Of a stretch of 64,000 nucleotides of DNA, positions 41,334 to 52,131 are shown one piece after another. The position numbers and the translations under genes were made by a program. The DNA is from an uncultured Methanoregulaceae archaeon (GTDB lineage Archaea > Halobacteriota > Methanomicrobia > Methanomicrobiales > Methanospirillaceae), in assembly GCA_963717525.1 (NCBI GenBank), contig OY970343.1:384001-448000 (forward strand), in the 5' to 3' direction. Under the pieces are notes generated by a model that saw nothing but the letters and a program-made list of their open reading frames with translations, ran no database searches and was not told the origin of the DNA. Within the stretch, counting starts at the first letter, position 1. Each line of letters starts with the position of its first letter.

Positions 41334-42379
41334 GCGACGACCCTCCCGATCACCGGCTCGCCGGCTTTCGGCATACTGACCTCACCGATCTCCGGTACTA
41401 TCCTCCGGATCGCTGCTTCTTCGCTGGAGATGTAGAGCCGGTCTTCATGTTCCCCGGCAACCAGCGGCCTCAGCTTGATCCGGTCGGTGAACCCGAGCAG
41501 TGTATCAGATGTTGCAACGCAGATCGCAAACGGGCCATTCATGAGCGCAGGGCCGTAGGTAAGCCGGAGCGCCCGGTTGAGCTCCTGCTCTTTTGCGGGC
41601 ATCGCATCGATCTCATCCCAGAATGGCGGGGCAAGGGCACGCATTGCTAGTTTCTCGGAGAGACCGTGCTTTCGCACCAGCAGGTCGATCAGGTACGCCA
41701 CGACTTCGGTGTCGGTGAACATCGTGCACTCGTACCCGTAACTCTCGATATAGCGCTGGTTGGTCCCGTACGAGGTGATCTCCCCGTTGTGGACAACGCT
41801 CCAGTCAAGGAGGTTGAAGGGGTGCGCCCCGCCCCACCAGCCGGCGGTGTTTGTCGGGTACCGGTTGTGGGCGAGCCAGAGGTATCCTTCGTAGTCCTGG
41901 ATCCGGTAGAGATTGGCGACCTGCTCAGGCCATCCTGAAGCCTTGAACACACCCATGTTCTTTCCCGACGAAAAGATCAGGCTGCCTTTGTGTGCGGTAT
42001 TGACCCGCATGACCAGACGCATGACAATATCGTCCGCGGTGGTATGAGGTTCCTGGGCACGGCTGATATCGGGCTTGAAAAAAAAACGCCACGGTGTATG
42101 AACTTTTTTTATCCCTGCCTCGTAGATTGGTATTGGCTCGTCATGGACGATCCGCCCCCATTCCTCGAGTTCCTTGACAAGAGCCGGCTTGTTCTCCCTT
42201 ACGTTGTCAAAGAAGACATGGAGGGCGTAGGCGTCCTTATACTCCGGGTAAATGCCGTAGGCTGCATAGCCGGCCCCTTCGCCGTTTCCCCGCTCATTCA
42301 TCAGCGCGAGCGATTCTCGTATCTTACTGCCGTCCATGCACTGGCGGCGTTTATCGATGACACCGATAATTCCACACAT
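41330..42379 (-). CDS. Glutamate synthase class II glutamine amidotransferase subunit (GltB domain 1)
   Basis: N-terminal MCGIIG, HNRYPTNT, HPF, HNGEI, DTEV, LRP. Confidence 0.92.
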   Translation of the reverse strand: MCGIIGVIDKRRQCMDGSKIRESLALMNERGNGEGAGYAAYGIYPEYKDAYALHVFFDNVRENKPALVKELEEWGRIVHDEPIPIYEAGIKKVHTPWRFFFKPDISRAQEPHTTADDIVMRLVMRVNTAHKGSLIFSSGKNMGVFKASGWPEQVANLYRIQDYEGYLWLAHNRYPTNTAGWWGGAHPFNLLDWSVVHNGEITSYGTNQRYIESYGYECTMFTDTEVVAYLIDLLVRKHGLSEKLAMRALAPPFWDEIDAMPAKEQELNRALRLTYGPALMNGPFAICVATSDTLLGFTDRIKLRPLVAGEHEDRLYISSEEAAIRRIVPEIGEVSMPKAGEPVIGRVVA

Positions 42380-42535
42380 TTTCTATCACAGTCGGGATGT
42401 CTGGTTACCTAATGAATGCCCGGCCGGCAGACCGCCTTCCGGGAAATTGAAACGTATAGTATTGGTACGTTCCCTGAATTGAATGTAAGCATTCTCCTCA
42501 TGAAGTTAGTTAAGAAAATATAAATGTAATTGGTT

Positions 42536-42549
42536 GGAAAATTAATTCC
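42536..42549. promoter_or_regulatory. NrpR-type operator upstream of glnA
   Basis: GGAA-AATTAA-TTCC, downstream of the TATA-like AAATATAAA and 3 bp before the ATG. Confidence 0.85.
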
Positions 42550-42552
42550 ATT

Positions 42553-43878
42553 ATGTCTGCGGACGTATCCAAATTGCTCAAAAAGATCGAGGCGGATGAT
42601 GTAAAATTTATCCGGCTCCAGTTCACCGATGTGCTGGGGATGCCCAAGAACGCGGCCATCCCGGCTGCCCAGGCCGAGAAATCGTTAACTGAAGGTACCT
42701 GGTTTGACGGGTCATCGATCGAAGGATTTACGAGGATTGAAGAGTCGGATATGCTCCTCAAGGCAGACCCGGCATCGTATGCAACTATCCCATGGAGACC
42801 GCAGGAAGGCAAGGTCGCCCGGTTCATGTGCGACGTGTACACCTACGGGAACAAGCCCTTCGAAGGCGACCCCCGGTACGTGCTCAAGAAAGTCATGGCC
42901 GATGCGGCAAAGATGGGATATGTCTTTAACACCGGCCCCGAGCTTGAGTTCTTCCTCTTTAACCTCGTCGACGGCAAGCCGACCACGCAATTCGTCGATC
43001 AGGGGTGCTATTTCGATCTAGCTCCCCAGGACAAGGCGGAAGACGTGCGCCGCGACATCGTCCTTGCGCTCAACAGTATGGGCTTTGAGATCGAGATGTC
43101 CCATCATGAGGTTGCCGCAAGCCAGCACGAGATCGATTTCAAGTACGCAGATGCGGTTACGACTGCAGACCGGGTTATGACGTTCAAGTTTGCGACCAAG
43201 GCCATTGCGCTCAAGTACGGCCTGCATGCTTCGTTCATGGCAAAGCCGCTCGCCGGTATCAACGGGAGTGGCATGCATACCCACGGATCGCTTGCAAAGA
43301 ACGGGAAGAATGCATTTTACGATGCAAACGCTCCCGATGGAATTTCCGATATCGCCCTCTATTATATCGGCGGTCTCTTAAAGCATGCTAAGGCGATCAC
43401 CCGGGTGGCAAACCCGACGATCAACTCATACAAGCGCCTTGTCCCCGGTTACGAGGCCCCCTGTTACATCTCATGGAGCACCACCAACCGGTCTGCCCTT
43501 ATCCGGGTGCCGGCCGCCCGTGGCAACAGCACCCGTGCCGAGTTCCGCAGCCCGGACCCGATGTGCAACCCGTATCTTACCTTCGCATGCATGCTCGCTG
43601 CCGGTCTAGATGGTGTCAAAAACAAGATCATGCCGCCTGATGCGACCAACACCAACATCTACCACCTGAGCGCAAAAGAGCGCAAGAAGATGAAGATCGA
43701 TATGCTGCCCGGCAGCCTCGCCGAATCTCACCAGTACCTGATGAAGGACCAGGTGCTCTGTGACGCGCTCGGCCCGCACATCCTTGAAACCCTGACTACA
43801 ATTGCAGAAGCAGAGACCGATGCCTTCCGTCTTGCGGTTCACCCGTGGGAACTGGACCGGTACCTCGCAACCTACTAA
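42553..43878 (+). CDS. glnA: Glutamine synthetase type I
   Basis: FDGSSI, GPELEFF, HHEVA, NGSGMH, NSYKRLVPGYEAP, NRSALIRVP, EFRSPDP. Confidence 0.97.
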   Translation: MSADVSKLLKKIEADDVKFIRLQFTDVLGMPKNAAIPAAQAEKSLTEGTWFDGSSIEGFTRIEESDMLLKADPASYATIPWRPQEGKVARFMCDVYTYGNKPFEGDPRYVLKKVMADAAKMGYVFNTGPELEFFLFNLVDGKPTTQFVDQGCYFDLAPQDKAEDVRRDIVLALNSMGFEIEMSHHEVAASQHEIDFKYADAVTTADRVMTFKFATKAIALKYGLHASFMAKPLAGINGSGMHTHGSLAKNGKNAFYDANAPDGISDIALYYIGGLLKHAKAITRVANPTINSYKRLVPGYEAPCYISWSTTNRSALIRVPAARGNSTRAEFRSPDPMCNPYLTFACMLAAGLDGVKNKIMPPDATNTNIYHLSAKERKKMKIDMLPGSLAESHQYLMKDQVLCDALGPHILETLTTIAEAETDAFRLAVHPWELDRYLATY

Positions 43879-44128
43879 TCTGAAAATATTAATCTAAAAA
43901 TTTTTCCCGCATGTCGGGACAGGCTGGACTTTTTATCCGGTAACTGCCCGTCGCCCGTCTGGATCCTGGGAAAAGATAAAGGTAGGAAACGGCAGGATCT
44001 ACTGCCGCATGCCATACAGGTTCACCCCATCGCACGCCGGGGTGTGCATGCTGTATCCGGGGTGCTTCCTGCCTTGTTCCATCGTTGGATCCTGATGGGC
44101 CCTCACACAAGTTACAGGAGAAAAAAAT

Positions 44129-45325
44129 ATGGCTCTGGATACCGGTGTTACAACCTGGCTCATGGTCTCGGCGCTGCTTGTCATGCTGATGACCCCGGGT
44201 GTCGGGTTCTTTTATGGCGGACTTGTTCGAAAGAAGAATTTTATCTCGATGATCGCCCTCTCCTTTCTGGTACTGGCGCTCACGAGTATCCAGTGGATCC
44301 TGGTCGGGTACTCGCTTGCGTTTGGATCTGATATAGGTGGAGTCATCGGCAGTCTCCAGTACCTGGGGCTTTCCGGTGTGAGTGCCAGTGCAGGCACAGC
44401 TGCCTACCCGCCGCTGGTCTACATGGTCTTCCAGCTCTTCTTTGCCTCAGTTACACTGACCATCGTGACCTCTGCAGTCGCAGAGAGGGTCAAACTGACG
44501 TCATTTATCGTATTTGCACTCATCTGGCTGACCGTTGTGTACTGCCCGCTTGCACATTGGGCATGGGGTGGCGGCTGGGCGCAGCAGATGGGGCTGATCG
44601 ACTTTGCGGGCGGGACGGTTGTAGAGATCTGCTCGGGATTTGCCGCACTTGCGTTGGCCCTTGTGATAGGGAAAAGGGCCGGCTTTGGCGAGTACTCTAT
44701 GGAACCTCATAACATCCCGATTGCACTCCTGGGTGCGGCCCTGCTCTGGTTCGGCTGGTTCGGTTTTAATGCCGGCAGCGCCCTTGCGGTGAACGGGAGT
44801 ACGGTCACTGCCTTTGTGAACACGAACACCGCCGCAGCCGCCGGTGCGCTCGCGTGGATGTTTACCAGCTGGTATCTCGGCAAACCCAGTTCGCTGGGAA
44901 TGGTGAGTGGTGCGATCGCCGGAATGGTGGCGATCACGCCGGCCGCCGGTTTTGTTACACCCATGGTGGCTATCCTGATCGGAGCAGTCGCCGGCGTGCT
45001 CTGCTTTGGTATGATGCTTCTCCGGATCAGCAAACAGCTTGATGAGAGCCTGGACGCGTGGGCGATCCACGGCATGGGCGGGGTCTGGGGGACGCTTGCA
45101 ACCGGCCTCTTTGCGGCAGCAGCGGTAGCCGGATTTTCCGGGTTCTTCGAGGGTAATACCCACCAGTTGGTGGCAAACACGGTGGGTGCCATTGCGGCTG
45201 TGATCTATGCCTTTGTCATGACCTACCTCCTCGCGGTCATTATCGATCGCATCATGGGTCTGCGGGTTACGCCCGACGAAGAGTACGTCGGGCTCGACAT
45301 CTGCCATCATGGGGAACGGGCATAA
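44129..45325 (+). CDS. amt: Ammonium transporter Amt (Glu in place of the first twin-His)
   Basis: [29 protein letters not shown]. Confidence 0.95.
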   Translation: MALDTGVTTWLMVSALLVMLMTPGVGFFYGGLVRKKNFISMIALSFLVLALTSIQWILVGYSLAFGSDIGGVIGSLQYLGLSGVSASAGTAAYPPLVYMVFQLFFASVTLTIVTSAVAERVKLTSFIVFALIWLTVVYCPLAHWAWGGGWAQQMGLIDFAGGTVVEICSGFAALALALVIGKRAGFGEYSMEPHNIPIALLGAALLWFGWFGFNAGSALAVNGSTVTAFVNTNTAAAAGALAWMFTSWYLGKPSSLGMVSGAIAGMVAITPAAGFVTPMVAILIGAVAGVLCFGMMLLRISKQLDESLDAWAIHGMGGVWGTLATGLFAAAAVAGFSGFFEGNTHQLVANTVGAIAAVIYAFVMTYLLAVIIDRIMGLRVTPDEEYVGLDICHHGERA

Positions 45326-45373
45326 CGATCATACTTTTTTTGTATAGTTGACAGGACAACGATAGTACAATCA

Positions 45374-45446
45374 GGAATCCTGATTCCGGATCGCGTCCCG
45401 TTACATTAAAAATAACAATATTTATAAGCACAGGAATAGAACTTCC
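45374..45446. promoter_or_regulatory. Promoter with two NrpR-type operators flanking a TATA box
   Basis: GGAA-TCCTGA-TTCC (45374-45387), TTTATAAG (45421-45428), GGAA-TAGAAC-TTCC (45433-45446). Confidence 0.85.
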
Positions 45447-45666
45447 TTCCTACAATCTTAGTGAGTATTTCAGCATGGAGAGGATCCCTTTGATACAGGA
45501 CAGCCAGATCGCATACGTGATGCCGGACTTTCTTCCCGGACTCTGTCACCGGTGTTCTGCTGAGCCCCTGTGCCCGGGAGATGATCCGTTGCAGCCCCGT
45601 AACCACTGCGTTACATGGTTCGCGGCATGCATAGTCTGTTTCATTACAGGTAAACAGGTGAATTAA

Positions 45667-46881
45667 ATGGTTATGGATTCTGGAGCAATTGCATGGGTGC
45701 TCGCCTCGACGGCGCTGGTCATGATCATGACGCCGGGAGTTGGGTTCTTCTATGGTGGTCTTGTACGGAAGAAAAACTTCATCGATATGATCACGCTCTC
45801 ATTTGTGGCCTTTGCCCTCGTGAGCATCCAGTGGGTGCTGATCGGGTACAGTTTGGCATTCGGACCGGATGTCGGCGGGTTTATCGGCAACCTCAGTAAC
45901 GTTGGCCTGAACGGTGTAAGTATGAACAGTGCCGGCCCGTACAGCGCAATTATACCGGGAATGTTGTACATGGTGTTCCAGCTCGTGTTTGCCACCGTTA
46001 CGATGGCGATTGTCACGTCTGGTTTTGCTGAGCGTATAAAGTTCAGTTCATACCTGGTCTTTGCACTGCTCTGGACCACGATCGTTTACGACCCGCTTGC
46101 CCACTGGGTGTGGGGCGGTGGCTGGACATCACAGTTCGGCTCGATCGATTTCGCCGGCGGAACTGTCGTACATATCAGTTCAGGGTTTGCCGCGCTGGCG
46201 CTGGCGCTCGTGATCGGTAAACGGGTCGGGTACGGCAAGTACGCGATGGAACCGGCCAACATCCCGTGGTCGATCCTTGGTGCCGTACTCCTCTGGTTCG
46301 GCTGGTTCGGGTTTAACGCAGGAAGCGCTGTCGCCGCAAACGGTCTTGCAGTCAACGCCTTTGTCACTACGAACACCGCAACAGCCATGGCGGCAATGGC
46401 ATGGCTTCTTGTCTCATGGGCACACGGGGGCAAGCCGAGCTCGCTTGGGTTCATCAGTGGTGCAGTGGCCGGACTTGTCGCCATCACGCCGGCAGCCGGG
46501 TACGTAACCCCAATGTCTGCGATTGTAATTGGTGCAGTAGCCGGTGTAATGTGCTACTTTATCATGCTCTGGCGGCAGGGCAGGGGTATCGATGAGAGCC
46601 TCGATGCATGGGCGGTCCACGGCATGGGCGGCCTGTGGGGTGCACTCGCAACCGGTATCTTTGCATCTGCAGCCGTCAACGGCGCCTCGGGACTGATCGA
46701 GGGTAACGTCCACCAGTTCATTGCCCAGATCGTCGGAGCCGGGTCAGCAGTCATCTACGCGTTCGTAGTCACGTACATTCTTGCAGTCATCGTGGACAAA
46801 ACGATTGGGCTGCGCGTGACCGAGGAAGAAGAATATGTAGGGCTTGACATCTCCCAGCATGGAGAGCGGGCTCAAGGATAA
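45667..46881 (+). CDS. amt: Ammonium transporter Amt (canonical twin-His)
   Basis: [34 protein letters not shown]. Confidence 0.96.
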   Translation: MVMDSGAIAWVLASTALVMIMTPGVGFFYGGLVRKKNFIDMITLSFVAFALVSIQWVLIGYSLAFGPDVGGFIGNLSNVGLNGVSMNSAGPYSAIIPGMLYMVFQLVFATVTMAIVTSGFAERIKFSSYLVFALLWTTIVYDPLAHWVWGGGWTSQFGSIDFAGGTVVHISSGFAALALALVIGKRVGYGKYAMEPANIPWSILGAVLLWFGWFGFNAGSAVAANGLAVNAFVTTNTATAMAAMAWLLVSWAHGGKPSSLGFISGAVAGLVAITPAAGYVTPMSAIVIGAVAGVMCYFIMLWRQGRGIDESLDAWAVHGMGGLWGALATGIFASAAVNGASGLIEGNVHQFIAQIVGAGSAVIYAFVVTYILAVIVDKTIGLRVTEEEEYVGLDISQHGERAQG

Positions 46882-46895
46882 TCCGGGTGATTACC

Positions 46896-47225
46896 ATGAA
46901 AATGATAATTGCAATCATCAAACCTGAACGATTCGAGTTCGTAAAAAAGGCGCTTGAAGACAAAGGGTATATCAGCATGACGATCACCGAGGTCAAAGGC
47001 CGGGGCGCACAGAAGGGAATCACCCTTGAATACCGCGGCGGCAAGATGATTGTCGACCTCCTGCCAAAAGTCAAACTCGAGATCGTTATTCACGACAAGG
47101 ATGTTGATGATCTGATCGCGACCCTGACAGGGGCGGCCCGGACGGGAAAGATCGGCGACGGAAAGATCTTCGTTGTGCCGGTCGAGAAATCCATACGGAT
47201 CAGGACCGGTGATATGGAGTCTTAA
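46896..47225 (+). CDS. glnK: P-II protein GlnK, likely co-transcribed with amt
   Basis: IIKPE, GRGAQKG, TGKIGDGKIF, IRIRTG. Confidence 0.94.
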   Translation: MKMIIAIIKPERFEFVKKALEDKGYISMTITEVKGRGAQKGITLEYRGGKMIVDLLPKVKLEIVIHDKDVDDLIATLTGAARTGKIGDGKIFVVPVEKSIRIRTGDMES

Positions 47226-47345
47226 AAAGGAGAATACGTGCCGAAATATCATCCAGCCACAACGTACAGTAATATCTGATCAGAAGAGCAGGGATTTTTT
47301 TCCCCTGCCTTCTTTTTAAAAAAATGGTACCGTCAGCCACCTGTT

Positions 47346-47732
47346 TCAGGCTTGACGGACCGGGATTTTTTCATTCTCATCCAGGAGCACACGCAGTTTC
47401 TTTTCGATGTGGGGCGAGATATGGAAATGACCCGGCAGGGTAAAGGCCCCGGTGTCGTACTTCTGCGCTTCTTCCATATCCTCGTCAGATATGCCGTACT
47501 TCCCGTGGTCGACAATCTCGTGGAAAAAGATTTTTCCGCTCCCGGGAATGATCCTGCACAGGCAGAGTTGTTCGGAATCTCCTGCATGGATATAAAAAAA
47601 CGATCTCCCAATCATCGACTTGCGGTAGTTCTGGATCTGTTCAAGAATCGCCTCATATTCCGGTGCGGATCCATCTGCCATGGCATACCTCGGCAGCGGC
47701 TCTTCTATGGTCATCATCCTCTGGTCGGTCAT
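47346..47732 (-). CDS. Hypothetical protein
   Basis: 128-aa ORF with an upstream purine-rich RBS and TATA-like sequence. Confidence 0.65.
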   Translation of the reverse strand: MTDQRMMTIEEPLPRYAMADGSAPEYEAILEQIQNYRKSMIGRSFFYIHAGDSEQLCLCRIIPGSGKIFFHEIVDHGKYGISDEDMEEAQKYDTGAFTLPGHFHISPHIEKKLRVLLDENEKIPVRQA

Positions 47733-47906
47733 CGATTTTTATCCCCTCCCCTCGCTCACCCTCCGGCTATCGCTTACCGGAAGATAGGTGGAAATATATT
47801 GCTTTCATATATATACTTATGCCAACCCCGGTCTGGCTTGGTTTAATCGGCCGGACTTTTGCAGATTGTTATTTAGCCTGCCGGTGAAAAACTAAGGTAA
47901 TCTATC

Positions 47907-49055
47907 ATGATCCCGTGGCTGAACTCGAATTTTAAAAATTTTAAACCCACGGCAGCCATTGCGCTCAACGCCACACGGCACATGAACACAATCGAGCGCA
48001 AAAAACTGTTCTCTCCCGATATCGAGCCCATGCGGACTGCCGAAGGGCGCTGGTTTGAGGCGATCGTGTACGAGATGTTCCTGGAGATCTCGCAGAAATC
48101 TCCCCTCATCAGGTACCTCGCGCGCAAGGGCGCCGATGCGCCGCATGCCGGCGCCCAGGCATACCTTGGCCAGAACGGCATTTTTTACTCCAAGTACGGG
48201 GACATCACCTTCCGGGGAAACGGGCAGGATCTTGCGGAGTTCGACCTCATTCTCGTGGATGCCAAGGACCGTGTCGCATTTGGCGAAGTGGTGACTTCTC
48301 CGGCCGACCTCAAAGAGTTCGAGGTTGAGATCGCGTTTAAGAAACGACTGCTTGGGTACCTCTACGGTCAGGAGCATGTCTCATTCCTGCTGATCTCTTC
48401 CTTTGACATCTCAAACTATTCGGTAGTAAAACGTCTTGCAAAAGATCCGGACAACGCGATCATCCACACGAGTTCCTGCGAGCAGATCAAGGCGCTCGTC
48501 AAACACTACCGCCCACGGATCCTGTACACAAAACCCGCTAACCATCCCAAACTGATCCGGGCCACCGATATCCCCATTCGGCATCCGATCGATTACCGGA
48601 ACTGCCACGACGAGTTCCGGAACCGGATTTTCTCTGACCTCACACGGGGTAGGGGGAAAAAGGATCTCGTACCGTCCACTGAGTCGGAGGCGCTCGTCAA
48701 GAAAATCCTTTACGGTGCCCTGTATCCCCACGCAATCAAGGCGATCTGCGAACAGTACGGCCTTGTGGTCAGGGGCCGGCGCGTGGAATACGGTGAGTTT
48801 TTCAAATACTTTTCAAAGGCGATTATCGCGACCGATCTCCCCGGTTTTGAGCTGATTATCTACCTCCGGTCACGGGAGAAGAAGGAGTACCTTAAGATGG
48901 TGCAGACAAAGGAAGGCCACTTCCGGTTCGAACGTCCGACACCGTCCCGGGTGGGCTTTTTCCTCTGGATAGAGTCGCTCCAGCCCACGCTTGGGACCAA
49001 GATCTCCCTTGAGATCCTCAAAACATTCAGTGTACGGGAGCCGGTAAAAAAGTAG
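47907..49055 (+). CDS. Hypothetical protein with possible PD-(D/E)XK-like N-terminal domain
   Basis: GRWFE...AEFDLILVD....FGEV pattern. Confidence 0.7.
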   Translation: MIPWLNSNFKNFKPTAAIALNATRHMNTIERKKLFSPDIEPMRTAEGRWFEAIVYEMFLEISQKSPLIRYLARKGADAPHAGAQAYLGQNGIFYSKYGDITFRGNGQDLAEFDLILVDAKDRVAFGEVVTSPADLKEFEVEIAFKKRLLGYLYGQEHVSFLLISSFDISNYSVVKRLAKDPDNAIIHTSSCEQIKALVKHYRPRILYTKPANHPKLIRATDIPIRHPIDYRNCHDEFRNRIFSDLTRGRGKKDLVPSTESEALVKKILYGALYPHAIKAICEQYGLVVRGRRVEYGEFFKYFSKAIIATDLPGFELIIYLRSREKKEYLKMVQTKEGHFRFERPTPSRVGFFLWIESLQPTLGTKISLEILKTFSVREPVKK

Positions 49056-49058
49056 ATT

Positions 49059-49292
49059 CGGGCTGTAGAAATCCTGAAATGAGATTTGTAAGGACGCTCT
49101 TGGGGGCTAAAGACCCCGCTGCTTTGGCATCCCCCGGTTGCGATAGTGCTGTCATACCTGCAACACAAAGAGGGAAAGATGGATGCTTCTGGTGCAGGTA
49201 ATACAAAGGCATCGCTTACGCCCCCGCCCCTTTGGGGGCGGGGCTGGCGTAAGGGGGGCTGTATCTCTTAAAAAAAAGGTTTTCTACAGAGC
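49059..49292. mobile_element. MITE-like element, copy 2 (inverted relative to copy 1)
   Basis: CTGTAGAAA...TTTCTACAG TIRs; AGATT on both flanks (49054-49058, 49293-49297) is a possible TSD. Confidence 0.8.
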
Positions 49293-49340
49293 AGATTTTC
49301 CCGCTCTTACTGGCGATGTAACGTACCTGTACCTGCCGGT

Positions 49341-50932
49341 TTAGTCCAGCAGCGTGGCCATGGCTTCGTCGTACCGTGCTTCCATGACGTACGGGATGCC
49401 CGAGATTTCGGAAGATTCGGTGGTCAGCGCCATCAGGTCGCCACGGGAGATAGTGGAGAGCCGGAAGTTGCGGCTGCCTGCCATGAGCTGCTGGAGACCG
49501 GTCCTGAATTTCTGCGCGTATGTATAGATCCCTACGGCGCCCATCGGGATCTCCTTGACCCGTGAGCCATATTTTTCTTTCAGTTCCTCGTAGCAGACAA
49601 AGATCTCGTCGACAGGTACCGCCGTACTTGGAGACCGACTTTGGCAGATCCCCGGCCTGCAGCCATTTTTCGATATTTTTCCCGACCATGCCGGGGATCA
49701 TCAGGCCCCTGCCCATGCAGACTGCCTTAAAGTACGGGCTGCCCATCGCAAGTGCCTTGAATACGCCGGGTTCATCCGAGAATCCGCCGGCCATGGCGAG
49801 GTCCGGGACCCTCATACCCTTCTTCTCCAGCTCTCTGCAGAAACGGTACGCAAGCGACTGAAGGTAGAACGTCGGGATACCCCACTCGTTCATCATCGGC
49901 CACGGGCTCATGCCGGTCCCGCCGGGAGCGCCATCGATGGTTAAAAGATCGATCTTCGCCTCGGAAGAGTAGCGCAGCGCCATCGCAAGCTCGACCATGG
50001 AGTACGCCCCCGTCTTTAAGGTGACACGCTTGAACCCGATGTCCCGCAGCCGGTCGATCTCGTCAAGGAACCCCTCCCTGGTGACAAAGCCGAGACGGGA
50101 ATGGCGTTCGAACTCCTTGAGGGCACCGGCCCGAAACGCGGCCTGGTTCTCTTTTGCGGTCGGGTCGGGAAGCACGATGTAGCCCCGGTTTTTGAGTTCG
50201 ATAGCCCGTTCAAGGGACGTGACCTTGATTTCTCCCCCGATGCATTTTGCACCCTGTCCCCACTTGAGCTCGATGGTGTCCAGGTTGTGCTTGCTTGCGA
50301 CGTACTCCGCGGTCCCGAGCCGGGTGTCTTCGACATTCATCTGGACAAGGATCTCCCCGTAGCCTTCGCTGAATTTCCTATAGGTGGTAATCCGCCGGTC
50401 CATCTCCGGGGATTCGCTCACCTTTCCTTTCGCATCAAGTTTGAGCGCAGGGTCGACACCACAGACATTCTCCCCGCAGACGAGCGTGATACCAGCAATG
50501 GCGGCACCGACTGCAAAGTGTTCCCAGTTGACCCGTGCAATTTCCGTGGACCCGAGAGCCCCGGTAAAGATCGGGAGGCGCATCTTTACTTTCCTGTCCC
50601 AGCCATATTCGGTGCCGGTATCCACGGTAGAGAAGACCGCTGTATCCGGGCCGACGTTACTGCCTTCGGGCAGGCCTTTCGCGCCCACGGCGTATCCCTG
50701 GATATTGAGGTGGGAGTAATCGACCGGATAGTTCTTGTCGGCTCCTGCCGTGACTCCGCCAAACGGGCCGGGATACAGGACCTCCCTGCCCCGGAATGAC
50801 GAAAGCCAAATCTCGCAGACTGCCTTTACATCCGTCTATGCACCGGGTACAGATGCCGGAACACGGAACGACGCTCCGCGAGCGGTTGACGGTACCTGTT
50901 GCTTCATTTGCATTGGGTTGTCTCAGATTCAT
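49341..50932 (-). CDS. Second FMN-binding glutamate synthase family protein, with frameshifts near 50818 and 49617
   Basis: N-terminal CSGICTRCIDGC, GALGST, ELKWGQGAKCIGGE, DGAPGGTGMSP; three ORF pieces join. Confidence 0.88.
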
Positions 50933-51217
50933 GAATTCACTCCTTATGTTTGAGAGTGGAATGGTGTGGTGCGGATCTCATGCGCTTTTGGCACAGGACC
51001 GGCAACCCGGAAATGGTTTGAGCGCGATCGCCTCAACCTAGTGGACGTTTCCTATAAGGGGGTAATAAACACTTGGATCTATTCTCAATTTTTGCAATTT
51101 TTATCCAAAAAACCTGATTTTTTGTTAGGTTATACTGACATTTTTCAGAAAATCGATCAATTTTATTCAAAATGAGGTGGAAATCTGCGATTTCGTGATC
51201 CTGACTTCCGGCCCCGG

Positions 51218-51958
51218 TCACAGGATCGGTGCACCCGTCACAAAATACAACACAAGTAAGATCACCGGCTGGTGAATGAGATAGATCAGAAGCGAGTGCC
51301 TGCCCAGGAAGGTTACCGGGGCAATCGCCTGCTCGGGGAGTTTCGGGAGCGCCCACCGTCGCACTCCCCCGGGATAGGCAAACTCCCCGAAGGCAAGCCC
51401 GATCAGCACGAGGCCCATCCACGGGAAGATGGGCGTATAATCAACGCTCTGGAACGTCAGCGGGTGGATGCCAAAGACCAGGAGCCCCATCGGGCCGGGG
51501 ATAGTTGCGAGGATCCACCCGAGAGCGATAAAGATGATCCCGATCACCGCGTTCCAGGTACGGAACCGGAAGAAGAGCGGCGAGAGCATGACCGCGACCC
51601 CGATCAGGTGGAGGATACCGAAGATGACGTACCCTTGCTGCAGGTACCACCAGGTGGCAACGGTGACAAGGAGACCGCAGCAGAAGATCCCGCCGCCCCG
51701 GAGGAGGAACTTCTGCACGAGCGCCCGGCCTTGGAGCCGGTTCGCAGCACGGGCATGGCTGATCGAGAGCGATACCCCGACAATAAGCAGGAAGAGCGAG
51801 GCAGTGGCATAGGCAAAGTACCTCCAGAAGCCATCCATGACATCGAACGGTACGATCCGGAAAAACGTGAGATCAAATATGGTGTGAAAAAGGATCATCA
51901 TCAGGATGGCGATTCCCCGGAGGAGATCGATCTCGGGGTATCGTGCCGGGCCGCTCAT
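51218..51958 (-). CDS. DUF1624 / HGSNAT-like membrane acyltransferase
   Basis: RYPEIDLLRGIAI..M..FH, FGILHLIG, DYTPIFPW, GRHSL.IYLIHQP. Confidence 0.88.
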   Translation of the reverse strand: MSGPARYPEIDLLRGIAILMMILFHTIFDLTFFRIVPFDVMDGFWRYFAYATASLFLLIVGVSLSISHARAANRLQGRALVQKFLLRGGGIFCCGLLVTVATWWYLQQGYVIFGILHLIGVAVMLSPLFFRFRTWNAVIGIIFIALGWILATIPGPMGLLVFGIHPLTFQSVDYTPIFPWMGLVLIGLAFGEFAYPGGVRRWALPKLPEQAIAPVTFLGRHSLLIYLIHQPVILLVLYFVTGAPIL

Positions 51959-52131
51959 GAGTACCTGGTACAATCGATGCCGGGTTCTGATATGTGTTTG
52001 GAAAGATTTGCTGCCGGGGTTGGTATACCCGTTTTTATACCGCTGAACACATGAGATTCAGTCGGAGAGAGATTCTTAAAACGTATGAGGGAAATTTCAA
52101 TTGAAGAAGAGATTTGACCCTGAAGGGGAAA

